Of a DNA stretch of 64,000 nucleotides, positions 50,057 to 60,551 are shown piece after piece; positions within the stretch are counted from its first letter, which is position 1, and every line of letters begins with the position of its first letter. The notes under the pieces are model-generated. The model was given only the letters and a program-made list of their open reading frames with translations. It was not told the origin of the DNA and did no database searches. Source of the stretch: Bacteroidota bacterium (GTDB taxonomy: Bacteria; Bacteroidota; Bacteroidia; AKYH767-A; 2013-40CM-41-45). Location of the stretch: NCBI GenBank assembly GCA_043747595.1, contig JAYTOX010000055.1:1254-65253 (forward strand), written 5' to 3'. Both the position numbers and the translations under genes were made by a program.

Positions 50057-51637
50057 ATGATAAAGCAACTAGAGCTGATCCTTCTCCCGGAAGAGGCAGC
50101 AGATCAAAGCAAACAGTTGCAGCAGGCCTCACAATTGTGCAATGTAGTACGTGAGAGAATAAAAAAAATAACCCTGCTGAAAAGATCCATCGATGCACGT
50201 GGACGCACTGTAAAAATCCGATTATTGGTAGACGTTTATATTGATGAAATACCTTCGGTCATTAAGCTGGAAAGTATTTTTAATTTCAGTAAAGATGTTT
50301 CTAAAGGTAAAGTAGTAATGATAATTGGCTTTGGACCTGCAGGAATGTTTGCTGCGTTGAAACTAATAGAAGCAGGACTTAAGCCGGTAGTGATTGAACG
50401 AGGGAAGGATGTTAAATTACGTAGGCGTGACCTAGCAAAAATTACCCGAGAAGGCGAAGTTGATCCAGATTCAAATTATTGCTTTGGTGAAGGCGGCGCC
50501 GGAACTTATAGCGATGGAAAATTATATACACGATCAAATAAACGTGGAGACATCAATCGCATCTTAACTATTTTTGTAGAGCATGGCGCTGAACCGGATA
50601 TTCGAATTGATGCTCATCCTCATATCGGAACAAATAAATTACCACAAATTGTTGAAGCCATAAGAGCAACAATTCTTAATGCAGGAGGAGAAATTCATTT
50701 CGAAACACGACTGGAAGATATTATTTCCGAAGATAATATTCTGAAAAAAATTTTAATCAAAGACATAAAAAGTGAATTGATCAGTGAGCTCATATGTGAA
50801 AAGTTGATTTTAGCGACCGGGCATTCTGCACGCGACATTTATGAATTGTTGGATAAACGCAAAATAAAAATAGAAGCAAAACCATTTGCGCTTGGCGTTC
50901 GTGTAGAACATCCACAAGAAATTATTGATCAGGTACAATATAATTGTAACACTCGCGGAAATTTTCTCCCACCGGCCTCCTACTCGCTTACACACCAATT
51001 TGACGGACGTGGTGTTTACTCATTTTGTATGTGCCCCGGTGGAATTATTGCGCCGGCAGCAACAGCACCGGGAGAAATAGTTGTGAATGGTTGGTCGCCA
51101 TCGAAAAGGAATAATCCGTATGCCAATTCAGGAATGGTGGTGAGCATTGAAGAAAAAGATTATTCAATTTATTCAGAAGCCGGTGAACTTGCATCGCTTC
51201 GGTACCAGCAAGCCATAGAACAGAAAGCATTTAATGCAGGGCAAGGGAAATTAAAAGCACCGGCACAACGGCTAATCGACTTTGTGAATGGAAAAACATC
51301 ATCGTCGTTACCGGAATGTTCGTACTTCCCCGGAACAACATCGGTCGATCTTAAAAATGTATTACCTGATGTTGTCACAAAAGCGTTGGCAAGTGCATTC
51401 AAAGAATTTGGGAAAAAGATGAAACCCTATTTTACAAATGAAGCAATATTACTTGCAACTGAAAGTAGAACATCATCGCCTGTGAGAATACCGAGAGACC
51501 TCATCACACTGGAACACCCGCAACTAAAAGGTTTATACCCTTGTGGAGAAGGTGCAGGCTATGCAGGTGGAATTGTATCTGCCGCTATGGACGGTGAACG
51601 GTGTGCTGATGCGGTGATTGGAGCTTATCGCTTTTAA
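50057..51637 (+). CDS. NAD(FAD)-dependent dehydrogenase (COG2509-like)
   Basis: A dinucleotide-binding GxGxxG motif (GFGPAG) at the N-terminus of the FAD domain. The product is 526 aa. Confidence 0.75.
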   Translation: MIKQLELILLPEEAADQSKQLQQASQLCNVVRERIKKITLLKRSIDARGRTVKIRLLVDVYIDEIPSVIKLESIFNFSKDVSKGKVVMIIGFGPAGMFAALKLIEAGLKPVVIERGKDVKLRRRDLAKITREGEVDPDSNYCFGEGGAGTYSDGKLYTRSNKRGDINRILTIFVEHGAEPDIRIDAHPHIGTNKLPQIVEAIRATILNAGGEIHFETRLEDIISEDNILKKILIKDIKSELISELICEKLILATGHSARDIYELLDKRKIKIEAKPFALGVRVEHPQEIIDQVQYNCNTRGNFLPPASYSLTHQFDGRGVYSFCMCPGGIIAPAATAPGEIVVNGWSPSKRNNPYANSGMVVSIEEKDYSIYSEAGELASLRYQQAIEQKAFNAGQGKLKAPAQRLIDFVNGKTSSSLPECSYFPGTTSVDLKNVLPDVVTKALASAFKEFGKKMKPYFTNEAILLATESRTSSPVRIPRDLITLEHPQLKGLYPCGEGAGYAGGIVSAAMDGERCADAVIGAYRF

Positions 51638-51830
51638 ATTGAGGCGACGGATTATGAATCTGTCTGAGCGTGCGACGGATTATAAATCTGTCGGAGAGTG
51701 CAAAGGATTACAAATCCGTCGGAGCATCATTCGGAGCGTGTGTAGCTTTAAATTGAAGCGACGGATTATAAATCTGTCGGAGCATCATTCGGAGCGTTTG
51801 TCGAAGCTGCTCTAAATTGAGCGCAAACAA
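51633..51830. repeat. REP-like cluster of four hairpin repeats (consensus gcgacggattaTAAatctgtcggagc) with tails ...ttaaattga
   Basis: Copies are at about 51645, 51673, 51700 and 51768. Each is an imperfect palindrome (gacggatt / aatctgtc). The third is a perfect ggattacaaatcc. The array lies between convergent genes and overlaps the last 15 codons of the TrmH gene. Confidence 0.75.
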
Positions 51831-52560
51831 TTCCTGCGGCTATTGAAACATTCAATGAATCTGGTTGTCCATTTTTATTGAGTGCAAAAGAAGGAATGTG
51901 AATTGCATGGGTAATAAACCCTTCAATCTCTTTCGAAATTCCATTCGATTCATTTCCTAGAATAATAAACCCATCGTTACTATTTTTCATTTGAAATAAA
52001 TTTTCACCTGAAAGAAGTGTTCCATAAACTGGAAGAGATTGCGCTGCAAGATTCTCTTTGAAGACGGAAGTGAGATCAGTGTAAACTACATTTACTCGAA
52101 AGAGTGAACCCATTGATGCCATAACGACTTTCGGATTAAAACAATCGACTGAGTCGTTAGAACAAATTACTTCGTCGATACCAAACCAATCGGCTATTCG
52201 TAAAAGAGCACCAAAATTTCCAGGGTCTTTAATATTATCGAGCACCAACTTTAACCCACCAGAAAAATCTATGGCTTTATTTTCATTGGGCATTTCAGCA
52301 ATTGCTAGAACAGAATTAGGCGATGTAAGTGTTGATATCCTTCCGAGCTCTGCTGTGGTGACATCAATCACTTCAATGTCGGACGAAATTTTTTGTTCAT
52401 TCAAATATTCAGGAACACCGATAACTGAAATTACTTTCCAACCAGAAATTAATAGATCATTTACAACCTTCTCCCCTTCTGCAATGAACAAGCCTTCTTC
52501 TTTTCGAAACTTTTTTTGATGCAATGCAACGATCGACTTAATTTTATTTTTAGAAATCAT
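51766..52560 (-). CDS. TrmH/SpoU-family RNA 2'-O-methyltransferase
   Basis: SpoU MTase motifs are present (GNESNGIS, and the VSIAAGIV trefoil-knot region). The C-terminal 15 aa are encoded by the REP-like repeat. Confidence 0.8.
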   Translation of the reverse strand: MISKNKIKSIVALHQKKFRKEEGLFIAEGEKVVNDLLISGWKVISVIGVPEYLNEQKISSDIEVIDVTTAELGRISTLTSPNSVLAIAEMPNENKAIDFSGGLKLVLDNIKDPGNFGALLRIADWFGIDEVICSNDSVDCFNPKVVMASMGSLFRVNVVYTDLTSVFKENLAAQSLPVYGTLLSGENLFQMKNSNDGFIILGNESNGISKEIEGFITHAIHIPSFALNKNGQPDSLNVSIAAGIVCAQFRAASTNAPNDAPTDL

Positions 52561-52561
52561 T

Positions 52562-53815
52562 TTATGTTTTACTTAATGTGAATACAGTAATTTCCGGCAA
52601 GATACCAACTCTACCCGGATAACCTAAAAATCCCAATCCGCGATTCACATATAACTTCTGCTCTTTTTCATTATACAGATCGGCCCATTGCTTATAAAAA
52701 TACTGCACAGGACTCCATTTAAATCCCGGAATTTCGATTCCAAATTGCATACCGTGAGTGTGCCCAGAAAGTGTGAGATCTACAAATTGATAGTCCTTGG
52801 TAATTTCGGCATCCCAATGCGAAGGATCGTGCGAAAGCAAAATATTTACATCTTGCTGAACATAACCTTCCGTTGCTTTTTTCATATCACCATAACGAGA
52901 AAAATTTTTCTTGCCGGAATAATTTTCAACACCAATTAGACCAATCTTACTTCCATCTTTTTCTATATAGGTATGTTCGTTCAACATCAAATTCCATCCA
53001 ACTTCTTTATGAAATGATTTTAGTTTGTTCAAATTATCAATTTTGCTTTCAACAGTTGGAAACTGATAGTAATCGCCATAATCGTGATTACCCAAAATTG
53101 AATAAACACCAAGTGGTGCTTTCATTTTTGAAAAAATATCTCTGAATGGTAATGCTTCGGTATGAAGATCATTTACCAAATCGCCAGTGAAGAAAATCAA
53201 ATCGGGCTTTTGTTCAAGAATCATTTCAACAGCAGTTGCAAGATGCTCAACAGTATTAAAACTTCCGGTATGAATATCTGAGATCTGAATTACTTTTAAT
53301 CCTTCGAATGGCTCAGGTAAATTTGAAAAAGTAAGTTTCGATTTATAAATTTGAAAATTGTACGTGCCGCGAATCATTCCATACAGCAGCGAAAAAAACG
53401 GAAGAGCGGCAATAACAAATCCTGACTTCACGAGAAAATTGAGTCTTGAAACACGAAAAGTTTCATTCACAGTTTCATTGGAAGAAAATAGAGAGGCAAT
53501 CCAAAGAAATAGTAATCTACCTAAACGAATTACATCATCAATCAATAGAAAAATTGTAATGATAACCTTCGCACTATAAATTATAAATATAAAAGCAAAT
53601 GAATAAACGCGCAAACTTTTAGGCCATGTATGCCAATCAATCCATTGTCCGACGAGAATTGTTCCAATCGACAAAATGGTGATACCCCAATAAATCAATG
53701 TTATCGTTCGCTGAAAATTTGGCGACCGTTGTTGAATGAGCACTTTTACACCTTGAAAAACATACACATCGATAAGAAATAATACGATGGCAACAATTAT
53801 GATTCTAATAGACAT
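52562..53815 (-). CDS. Membrane-anchored metallophosphoesterase (YkuE-like)
   Basis: An N-terminal multi-transmembrane region followed by a calcineurin-like domain (DIHTG, GDLV, GNHD, GHTH). Confidence 0.75.
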   Translation of the reverse strand: MSIRIIIVAIVLFLIDVYVFQGVKVLIQQRSPNFQRTITLIYWGITILSIGTILVGQWIDWHTWPKSLRVYSFAFIFIIYSAKVIITIFLLIDDVIRLGRLLFLWIASLFSSNETVNETFRVSRLNFLVKSGFVIAALPFFSLLYGMIRGTYNFQIYKSKLTFSNLPEPFEGLKVIQISDIHTGSFNTVEHLATAVEMILEQKPDLIFFTGDLVNDLHTEALPFRDIFSKMKAPLGVYSILGNHDYGDYYQFPTVESKIDNLNKLKSFHKEVGWNLMLNEHTYIEKDGSKIGLIGVENYSGKKNFSRYGDMKKATEGYVQQDVNILLSHDPSHWDAEITKDYQFVDLTLSGHTHGMQFGIEIPGFKWSPVQYFYKQWADLYNEKEQKLYVNRGLGFLGYPGRVGILPEITVFTLSKT

Positions 53816-53902
53816 AAGGAATGGGATAATAATCTTGGAGAGAAGACGAACGAAACTAAAATAAATTGCACATTGAAAAACAAAATTGAATGATTTGTAG
53901 AA

Positions 53903-54601
53903 TTAAGGGTTAAGGCGAACCATCTTCCATTTACCGGTTTTATTTTTCGAATAAAGAAAACGATCGTGCAATCGATTTTCGCGTCCTTGCCAAAACTCTA
54001 TTTCAATTGCATTAACAAGATAACCACCCCAATGTTTAGGACGAGGGATTTTTTTTCCTGAAAAATTTTGTTCGAGCAATTTATAACGATTCTCCAGTTC
54101 TTCTCTTCCTGCAAGAACTTCAGATTGATGAGAAGCATGTGCACCAATCTGACTTTCTCGAGGACGAGAAGCAAAATAAAGATCAGATTTTTTTTCGGCG
54201 AGCTTAGCTACTGTACCACGTATTCTAACTTGCCTTTGAAGTTCAGGCCAAAAAAAAGTGAGACAAACATTTTTATTCGATTGTATTTCTTTGCCTTTAG
54301 CACTGTGATAATTGGTGAAGAAACTAAATCCGTTTTTATCTACACTTCTCAACAAAACGATTCTACCATCAACAACACCATTTTTATACGCCGTAGAAAG
54401 CGTCATAGCATTCGGTTCATTTACGGCAGCAGTGAGCGCTTGATCTATCCATTTTGAGAACTGAATTATTGGGTTAGCAGAAAGTTTTTTTTCATCGATT
54501 GCATCTTTAGTAAAATCGACTCTTAGATTGAAAATAGTAGCGTTATTTTTTTTCATAATTGAAGTACAAACATCGCTAAAAATTTGGTGAAAAATTGGCA
54601 T
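53903..54601 (-). CDS. pdxH: Pyridoxamine 5'-phosphate oxidase
   Basis: The PNPOx C-terminal signature IEFWQGRENRLHDRFLY. The true start is likely an internal Met (MKKNNA...). Confidence 0.85.
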   Translation of the reverse strand: MPIFHQIFSDVCTSIMKKNNATIFNLRVDFTKDAIDEKKLSANPIIQFSKWIDQALTAAVNEPNAMTLSTAYKNGVVDGRIVLLRSVDKNGFSFFTNYHSAKGKEIQSNKNVCLTFFWPELQRQVRIRGTVAKLAEKKSDLYFASRPRESQIGAHASHQSEVLAGREELENRYKLLEQNFSGKKIPRPKHWGGYLVNAIEIEFWQGRENRLHDRFLYSKNKTGKWKMVRLNP

Positions 54602-54840
54602 GATTATACGAAAAGCTAAGAGTACAGGTTCAAAAGTTTATCAATCATAACTATGAGCTCTAAAAAACCTTACATAATTAATTGAAAGAAAAACGGCCAA
54701 TAAAGAAGGAGGAATGTAAGTTTTGCGAGCAATAATCAAAAACAACTGCTCTCAAATGTTGTAAAATTGTTCATTGCTTATCAACAAATGATCGGCGGAA
54801 TAACTTAATAATGAACACGCTATAAGGCCACATCTACAAA

Positions 54841-55410
54841 ATGAGAAAAAAGAACACATATCTTGATCCTGAAGTTGGCAGAATCCTAATTTCCGAGCCA
54901 TTCTTATTGGACTCATATTTTAAAAGGACAGTGATCCTTTTAGGAGAGCACAGCGAAGAGGGCACCGTTGGCTTTATTTTGAATAAACCGACAGATTTGC
55001 ATTTAAACGATGCATTAGAAGATTTCCCTCCATTTGAGGCCCCACTTTACTTTGGCGGACCAGTTCAGACCGATACGATTCATTTTTTACATACACTCGG
55101 CAATAAGCTGGAAGGTTGTAAGGAAATACTTCCCGGCATTTTTTGGGGTGGTGATTTAGAAGCGCTAAAGCTTTTAATAGATACCCATCAGGTGAATAAA
55201 AACGATATTCGATTTTTTGCAGGCTATAGCGGCTGGGAACCACAACAGTTAACAGAAGAATTACGAGGACATACATGGATGATCTCCAATTGCAAGAGAG
55301 ACTTCGCTTTCTCTGATCATCCGGAGGGGCTATGGGGAGAAGTGCTGAATTCAATGGGAAGTCAGTATGCAATTCTTGCCAATTTCCCTGAAGATCCAAG
55401 TTTGAATTAA
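54841..55410 (+). CDS. YqgE/AlgH-family protein (UPF0301)
   Basis: The N-terminus reads ILISEPFLLDSYFKRTVILL, which is typical of the family. The product is 189 aa. Confidence 0.85.
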   Translation: MRKKNTYLDPEVGRILISEPFLLDSYFKRTVILLGEHSEEGTVGFILNKPTDLHLNDALEDFPPFEAPLYFGGPVQTDTIHFLHTLGNKLEGCKEILPGIFWGGDLEALKLLIDTHQVNKNDIRFFAGYSGWEPQQLTEELRGHTWMISNCKRDFAFSDHPEGLWGEVLNSMGSQYAILANFPEDPSLN

Positions 55411-55437
55411 GATAATGGTTAGTTTGTTTAATACAGA

Positions 55438-55461
55438 GCCTTCCTTCGGGGAGGCTTTTTT
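55438..55461 (+). terminator. Intrinsic terminator after the YqgE-family gene
   Basis: gccttcc-ttcg-gggaggc followed by TTTTTT. Confidence 0.65.
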
Positions 55462-55541
55462 ATTTTAATAATTGCTTAAGTAGTTTAACTTTGTAGAGTG
55501 AACACCGCACAAACTCCCAAGTTCTCTTAACCACTATTCTA

Positions 55542-58500
55542 ATGAAAAAAAAATTACTGAATTCTCTATTATTATTATTGATCCTAAGTACCAGTTCTTC
55601 AAACGGAGGCGATCTTTTCAAACTAATTTCTTCCTTTAAAGAAAAAGGTCTTTTTAGAAATGAAGCGAAATCACTCTTTGACGTTTCTCAATTTAAAAAT
55701 ACTGAACTCGATCGTTCACTTTCCTCCTATCGTTTGTTGGAATTGAACAAATCAGTAGTACAACAAATTTTAAACGAACAGCCTAACTATTTATTAATAA
55801 ACTTACCGAATCCTGACGGCAGTGGTATTATTACGCTCGAACTAATCAAGAAAGAGATTTATACCGGAGGTTTTAAATTAATTACGAGTCGCGCTTCTAC
55901 CGAAAAAGAAATTTCATTCTGCAACTATCAAGGAATCGTTTCAGGGAACAGTGAGTCGATGGCAGCGATTTCATTTTCTGCAAACGAAGTGATGGGACTC
56001 ATTGCTACAGAAAAAGGTAATTACAATCTCGGAAAACTTTCAAAAGACAATTCAGGAAATTATATTTTTTACAATGATGTTAATTTGAAAAGTACAATTC
56101 CTTTTCAATGCGGAGCAACATCTAGTTACCGTAGAACAAAACCCGGAATCCGTATCAACAATCCAAATACAAGTGCATCTACAAAATGTGTAAATTTTTA
56201 TTGGGAAACCGATCAAGATATTTTTACCGACAAAGGAACTGTTGGTGCAGTTACAACTTATATAAACGGAATTTTTAATCAAGTGTCTGCTGAATATGCC
56301 AATGATGGAATCACTGCGAAATTAAATACACTTTACGTTTGGAATTCTATTGATCCTTATGTTGGTCCGGCCTCCAACGATTATCTCGATCAATTTGGAA
56401 CCAACAGAACTTCATTCACAGGCGACCTTGCTACACTCTTAGGCTACAATGGAGGTGGTGGTGTTGCTTGGTTAGATGTACTGTGCGATCCAACACTGAG
56501 TTATCACATGGCATATACAGGAATCAATGCAAATTATAATAACATACCCACTTATAGTTGGACTGTTGAAGTAGTTTCACATGAGCAAGGACACAATCTC
56601 GGATCATCACATACACACGATTGTGTTTGGAATGGAAATGCAACGGCCATCGACGGCTGCGGACCGAATGCAGGTTATGCATCCGATCCTTTAGGATGTG
56701 CACAAGGACCCATTCCTGCCAAAGGAACAATTATGAGTTATTGTCATCTTTCTCCAAATACAGGAATAAGTTTAGCACTCGGATTTGGATCACAACCTAA
56801 AACACTTATTCAAAATCGGATTGCAGCTTCAACATGTTTAACAATTTGCAGTGCAACAAATGATGATCCGTGTACAGCCACAACACTTACAGTTGGAACA
56901 AGCTGTTCACCGGTTTCAGGCGACAATACCGCAGCAACAAATTCAACAGTTCCAGCTGTGTCATGCGATGGAAACGGTGATGGCGATGTTTGGTTCTCTG
57001 CAGTGGTACCAGCGTCTGGAGTAATCGAAATAAATACGATGGCAGGAACGCTAACAGATATGGGCATGGCAATATATAGCGGAACGTGTTCTTCACTTAC
57101 ATTGATTAACTGTTATGCCGGTGGAAATGCAACAACACCCACAATGCCTCGAGCAATTGTAAGCAACCAAAGTGCAGGAACAACTATATGGATTCGAATG
57201 TGGGATGTGAATAATGACGAAGTAGGAACATTTCAAATATGTGCAGTGAATCCTTGTTCAGCAAGTGTTTCCATCACAGGAGCAAGTTCTGCTTGTAGTA
57301 CAAATGTTACACAACTTTGTGCAAGTCCAAGTTTCACAAGTTATTCTTGGTCGAATGGTGCAACAACACAATGCATTACTCCCGGTGCATCAGGAACATT
57401 TACTGTAACCGTTACCGATGCAAATGGATGTACAGCAAGCGCATCAAAATCTTTCACAATAAACAATTCACCTACGGTAACATTGACCGGCGTAACTGCT
57501 GCTTGTTTAAATACAAATCCTTCACTCTGTACAGGCACAACATACACACAATATGCATGGTCGAATGGAGGTACTACACAATGTATTAATCCGCCATCAT
57601 CAGGTACATACTCGGTTACAGTAACCAATGCAAGCGGATGTACAGGAACTGCATCAAGAGCCGTTACAATTTATCCAAACTTTACGCCGGCAGTTACAGG
57701 CGCCGATTCATCTTGCACTATATTACCTGGAACATTATGTTCAAGTACAGGAAATAGTTATAGTTGGTCGAGTGGACAAACAACACAATGTATTAATCCG
57801 AGTACATCAGGAAATTATGTTGTTACAGTTACGAATGCTAATGGATGTACCGCCACCGCTTCAAAATCTACAATCGTTTACACGAATCCTACAGCAGCAA
57901 TAACAGGCCCTACAAGTGCTTGTAACGGATCAACAGTTCAGTTGTGTACAAACAGTGGAAGTTATTCTTATGCATGGTCAAATGCAGCAACAGCAATGTG
58001 TATCAATTTAACTGCTACAGGAAATTACACTGCTACAATTACAGATACACATGGTTGTACATCTTCTGCTTCACAAACAGTAACGTTTGGAAATTCACTA
58101 TCAGTAAATATAACAGGACCATCGCAGGCTTGTCCCAATACAGGTGCACAATTATGTGCGGATGCCGGTTTTGCAAATTATTTATGGTCGAGCGGACAAA
58201 CAACAGCATGCATTACACCAACATTGAATGGAACATATACTGTTAGAGCAAGTGATAACAGTGGCTGTTCGGCAACCAGTTCTGCGACAATAAATTTTTA
58301 CTCAGTTACACCGGTTACAGTGAGTGGACCAACTAGTGGGTGTGCGAATTCATTTCCACAATTATGTGCATCATCAGGGTATGCATCTTATTTATGGTCA
58401 TCGACACAAACATCACAATGCATTACACCACCTTCTCCGGGAGGAAGTTTTTCTGTGATTGCGACAGATGCGAATGGTTGCACAAGTAGTGCTTCACAAA

Positions 58501-60470
58501 GTTTAACAGTATTGAACAATCCATCACTAAGTATTTCAGGTCCGGGAATAGTTTGTCCGGGAACTCCTGCTATGTTATGTGCTTCTACAAATGGTAACGC
58601 TATCTCTTGGTCAACTGCAGAAAGTACAGCATGTATTAGCGTTCCTGATTCAGGATCATACACAGCTACTGCATCAGCAACCAATGGTTGTACATCCACT
58701 TTAAATTACCACTTGAATTATTATTCTGTACCTACACCAGTAATTAGTGGACCGGCAACAGCATGTTTCGGTACAACAGCTCAACTTTGCGCACCGGTTG
58801 GTTACACCATTTATTCATGGTCGAGCGGACAAACAACACGATGCATCAATGTTACAGCTGCAGGAAATTATATTGTTACATTAACCGATGTAAATGGATG
58901 TACTTCAACAGCGAATCAATCAATCACTTTCGGCGCAAATTTAAATTTATCGATTACAGGTCCAACCGGAATTTGTTTTGGCCAGAGTATTCAATTATGC
59001 GCTACCACTGTTGGTACAACACAATGGTCTAATGGTTCCATTTCACAATGTATTACAATTACTAGTGGAGGAAATTATAACGTAACAGTAACCGATCTTA
59101 ACGGTTGTTCGGCATCATCATCACGATCAATAACAAGTTACCCCGCATTTTCTGCAACTGTTACAGGACCATCGACCGCATGTTATGGAACAAATGTTCA
59201 GTACTGCTCGCCGGCAGGAACCGGATATCAATATAGTTGGTCGACAGGTGCAACAACACGATGTATAAATACAAGCACATCCGGAATTTACACCGTTACT
59301 ATTACCAATACAAATGGATGTACAGCGAGTAGTTCGCAAGGACTCACAATTTTTTCGCAGTTGAATTCGACTATCACCGGACCAACATCACTTTGTGTAG
59401 GAGCAGTTGGGCAACTATGTGCACCAACAGGAAGTTCATTGTATCAATGGTCGACCGGAAGTACTGCACGATGTATTAGTGTAAATTCGTCGGGAAATTA
59501 TACCGTAACAATTACAGGAGCCAATGGATGTACAGCGAGTAATACGGCAGTAGTAACTTTTTCAAATTCTATCACTACTACAATTACCGGAAGTCATACT
59601 CCATGTGCGGGAAGTGTTTTACAGTTATGTGTACCTACAGGCTATGCCGACTATGCATGGAATACAGGAGCAACAACAGAATGTATTTCCGTAACAGCCA
59701 ATGGAATTTATTCAGTAACGATTCACGATGCAGTTGGTTGCGTAGGTAACGATACACAGCTTGTGAGCTACTCGCCTATTCCACCCGTTACAATTACAGG
59801 GCCTAGCAATATTTGTACAGGAGCTTCAGAAACTTTGTGTGCTACGCAAGGATATCCAAGTTATGCTTGGAATGGAGGAAGTACACAATCATGTATAACA
59901 GTTAGTGGTGCAGGAAATTATTCAGTGATAGTGACCGATGCAAATGGTTGTACAAATTCTGCGACCAAAGGGGTGAGTGAAACAAATATTAATCCTTCCA
60001 TTTCGAACACAGCAAGCGGACTAGTAGCAACACCAACAGGAAGTCAATATACTTATTCGTGGTATTATAACGGTGCAACATTTACAGGATGTACAGGAGA
60101 TACATGTACACCGGTTCATACAGGAGATTATACAGTCGTGATTAACGATCAGAATTGGGGTTGTACTGATTCAGCAACCATTTATTATTTTTCGGTGGGA
60201 ATTGCAGCAGAGCAAGTAGTAGATCAAATAAAATTATTTCCGAATCCAATTTCTTCGAATTGGTTAAATGTTGCATTTGATTTTTCGGGTACAGAAAAAA
60301 TCAGTTTACAGATAACAAATGCGTTGGGCCAAGAGTTGGTTCAGAGTAATTTTGTAAAAGTGGGGACTATGACCAAGCAAATAAATTGTTCAGAATTGGC
60401 CGCGGGTATATATTTGGTGAATATTAAAGGGGAGAAATGGCAGAAGAGTTGGAAAATAGTGAAGCAATAA
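55542..60470 (+). CDS. T9SS-secreted giant protein: an N-terminal metzincin (reprolysin-like HExxHxxGxxH) zinc metalloprotease domain, about 13-14 tandem 70-aa four-Cys SprB-like repeats, and a Por-secretion C-terminal sorting domain
   Basis: Signal peptide. HEQGHNLGSSH with a downstream Met-turn (IMSY). The repeats carry Y-x-W-S-x-G-x-T-T-x-C-I ... G-x-Y-T-V-T-V-T-D-x-N-G-C-T, which matches the SprB-repeat pattern as I remember it. The C-terminal about 80 aa (KLFPNP...IYLVNIKG...) matches T9SS CTD features. Confidence 0.85.
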   Translation: MKKKLLNSLLLLLILSTSSSNGGDLFKLISSFKEKGLFRNEAKSLFDVSQFKNTELDRSLSSYRLLELNKSVVQQILNEQPNYLLINLPNPDGSGIITLELIKKEIYTGGFKLITSRASTEKEISFCNYQGIVSGNSESMAAISFSANEVMGLIATEKGNYNLGKLSKDNSGNYIFYNDVNLKSTIPFQCGATSSYRRTKPGIRINNPNTSASTKCVNFYWETDQDIFTDKGTVGAVTTYINGIFNQVSAEYANDGITAKLNTLYVWNSIDPYVGPASNDYLDQFGTNRTSFTGDLATLLGYNGGGGVAWLDVLCDPTLSYHMAYTGINANYNNIPTYSWTVEVVSHEQGHNLGSSHTHDCVWNGNATAIDGCGPNAGYASDPLGCAQGPIPAKGTIMSYCHLSPNTGISLALGFGSQPKTLIQNRIAASTCLTICSATNDDPCTATTLTVGTSCSPVSGDNTAATNSTVPAVSCDGNGDGDVWFSAVVPASGVIEINTMAGTLTDMGMAIYSGTCSSLTLINCYAGGNATTPTMPRAIVSNQSAGTTIWIRMWDVNNDEVGTFQICAVNPCSASVSITGASSACSTNVTQLCASPSFTSYSWSNGATTQCITPGASGTFTVTVTDANGCTASASKSFTINNSPTVTLTGVTAACLNTNPSLCTGTTYTQYAWSNGGTTQCINPPSSGTYSVTVTNASGCTGTASRAVTIYPNFTPAVTGADSSCTILPGTLCSSTGNSYSWSSGQTTQCINPSTSGNYVVTVTNANGCTATASKSTIVYTNPTAAITGPTSACNGSTVQLCTNSGSYSYAWSNAATAMCINLTATGNYTATITDTHGCTSSASQTVTFGNSLSVNITGPSQACPNTGAQLCADAGFANYLWSSGQTTACITPTLNGTYTVRASDNSGCSATSSATINFYSVTPVTVSGPTSGCANSFPQLCASSGYASYLWSSTQTSQCITPPSPGGSFSVIATDANGCTSSASQSLTVLNNPSLSISGPGIVCPGTPAMLCASTNGNAISWSTAESTACISVPDSGSYTATASATNGCTSTLNYHLNYYSVPTPVISGPATACFGTTAQLCAPVGYTIYSWSSGQTTRCINVTAAGNYIVTLTDVNGCTSTANQSITFGANLNLSITGPTGICFGQSIQLCATTVGTTQWSNGSISQCITITSGGNYNVTVTDLNGCSASSSRSITSYPAFSATVTGPSTACYGTNVQYCSPAGTGYQYSWSTGATTRCINTSTSGIYTVTITNTNGCTASSSQGLTIFSQLNSTITGPTSLCVGAVGQLCAPTGSSLYQWSTGSTARCISVNSSGNYTVTITGANGCTASNTAVVTFSNSITTTITGSHTPCAGSVLQLCVPTGYADYAWNTGATTECISVTANGIYSVTIHDAVGCVGNDTQLVSYSPIPPVTITGPSNICTGASETLCATQGYPSYAWNGGSTQSCITVSGAGNYSVIVTDANGCTNSATKGVSETNINPSISNTASGLVATPTGSQYTYSWYYNGATFTGCTGDTCTPVHTGDYTVVINDQNWGCTDSATIYYFSVGIAAEQVVDQIKLFPNPISSNWLNVAFDFSGTEKISLQITNALGQELVQSNFVKVGTMTKQINCSELAAGIYLVNIKGEKWQKSWKIVKQ
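57240..60000 (+). repeat. Intragenic tandem array of about 210-bp units (encoding the 70-aa repeats)
   Basis: The period shows at the protein level. Copies have diverged to roughly half identity, so this is an old array rather than a recent expansion. It generates many spurious ORFs on both strands. Confidence 0.85.
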
Positions 60471-60551
60471 AATACCAAGAAAAAATAAATTCGATTTTAG
60501 GGAAATATAAAGCGAATAAAAAAAGAGAGGTAGGAAACGGAATATAATCCG

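Noticed and set aside
57317-59339. Numerous 70-105 aa ORFs on both strands (for example 57341-57628 -, 58388-58699 -, 57944-58246 +, 59127-59339 -)
   Set aside because: They lie inside the 210-bp intragenic repeat array of the giant T9SS protein and are frame artefacts of repetitive coding DNA.
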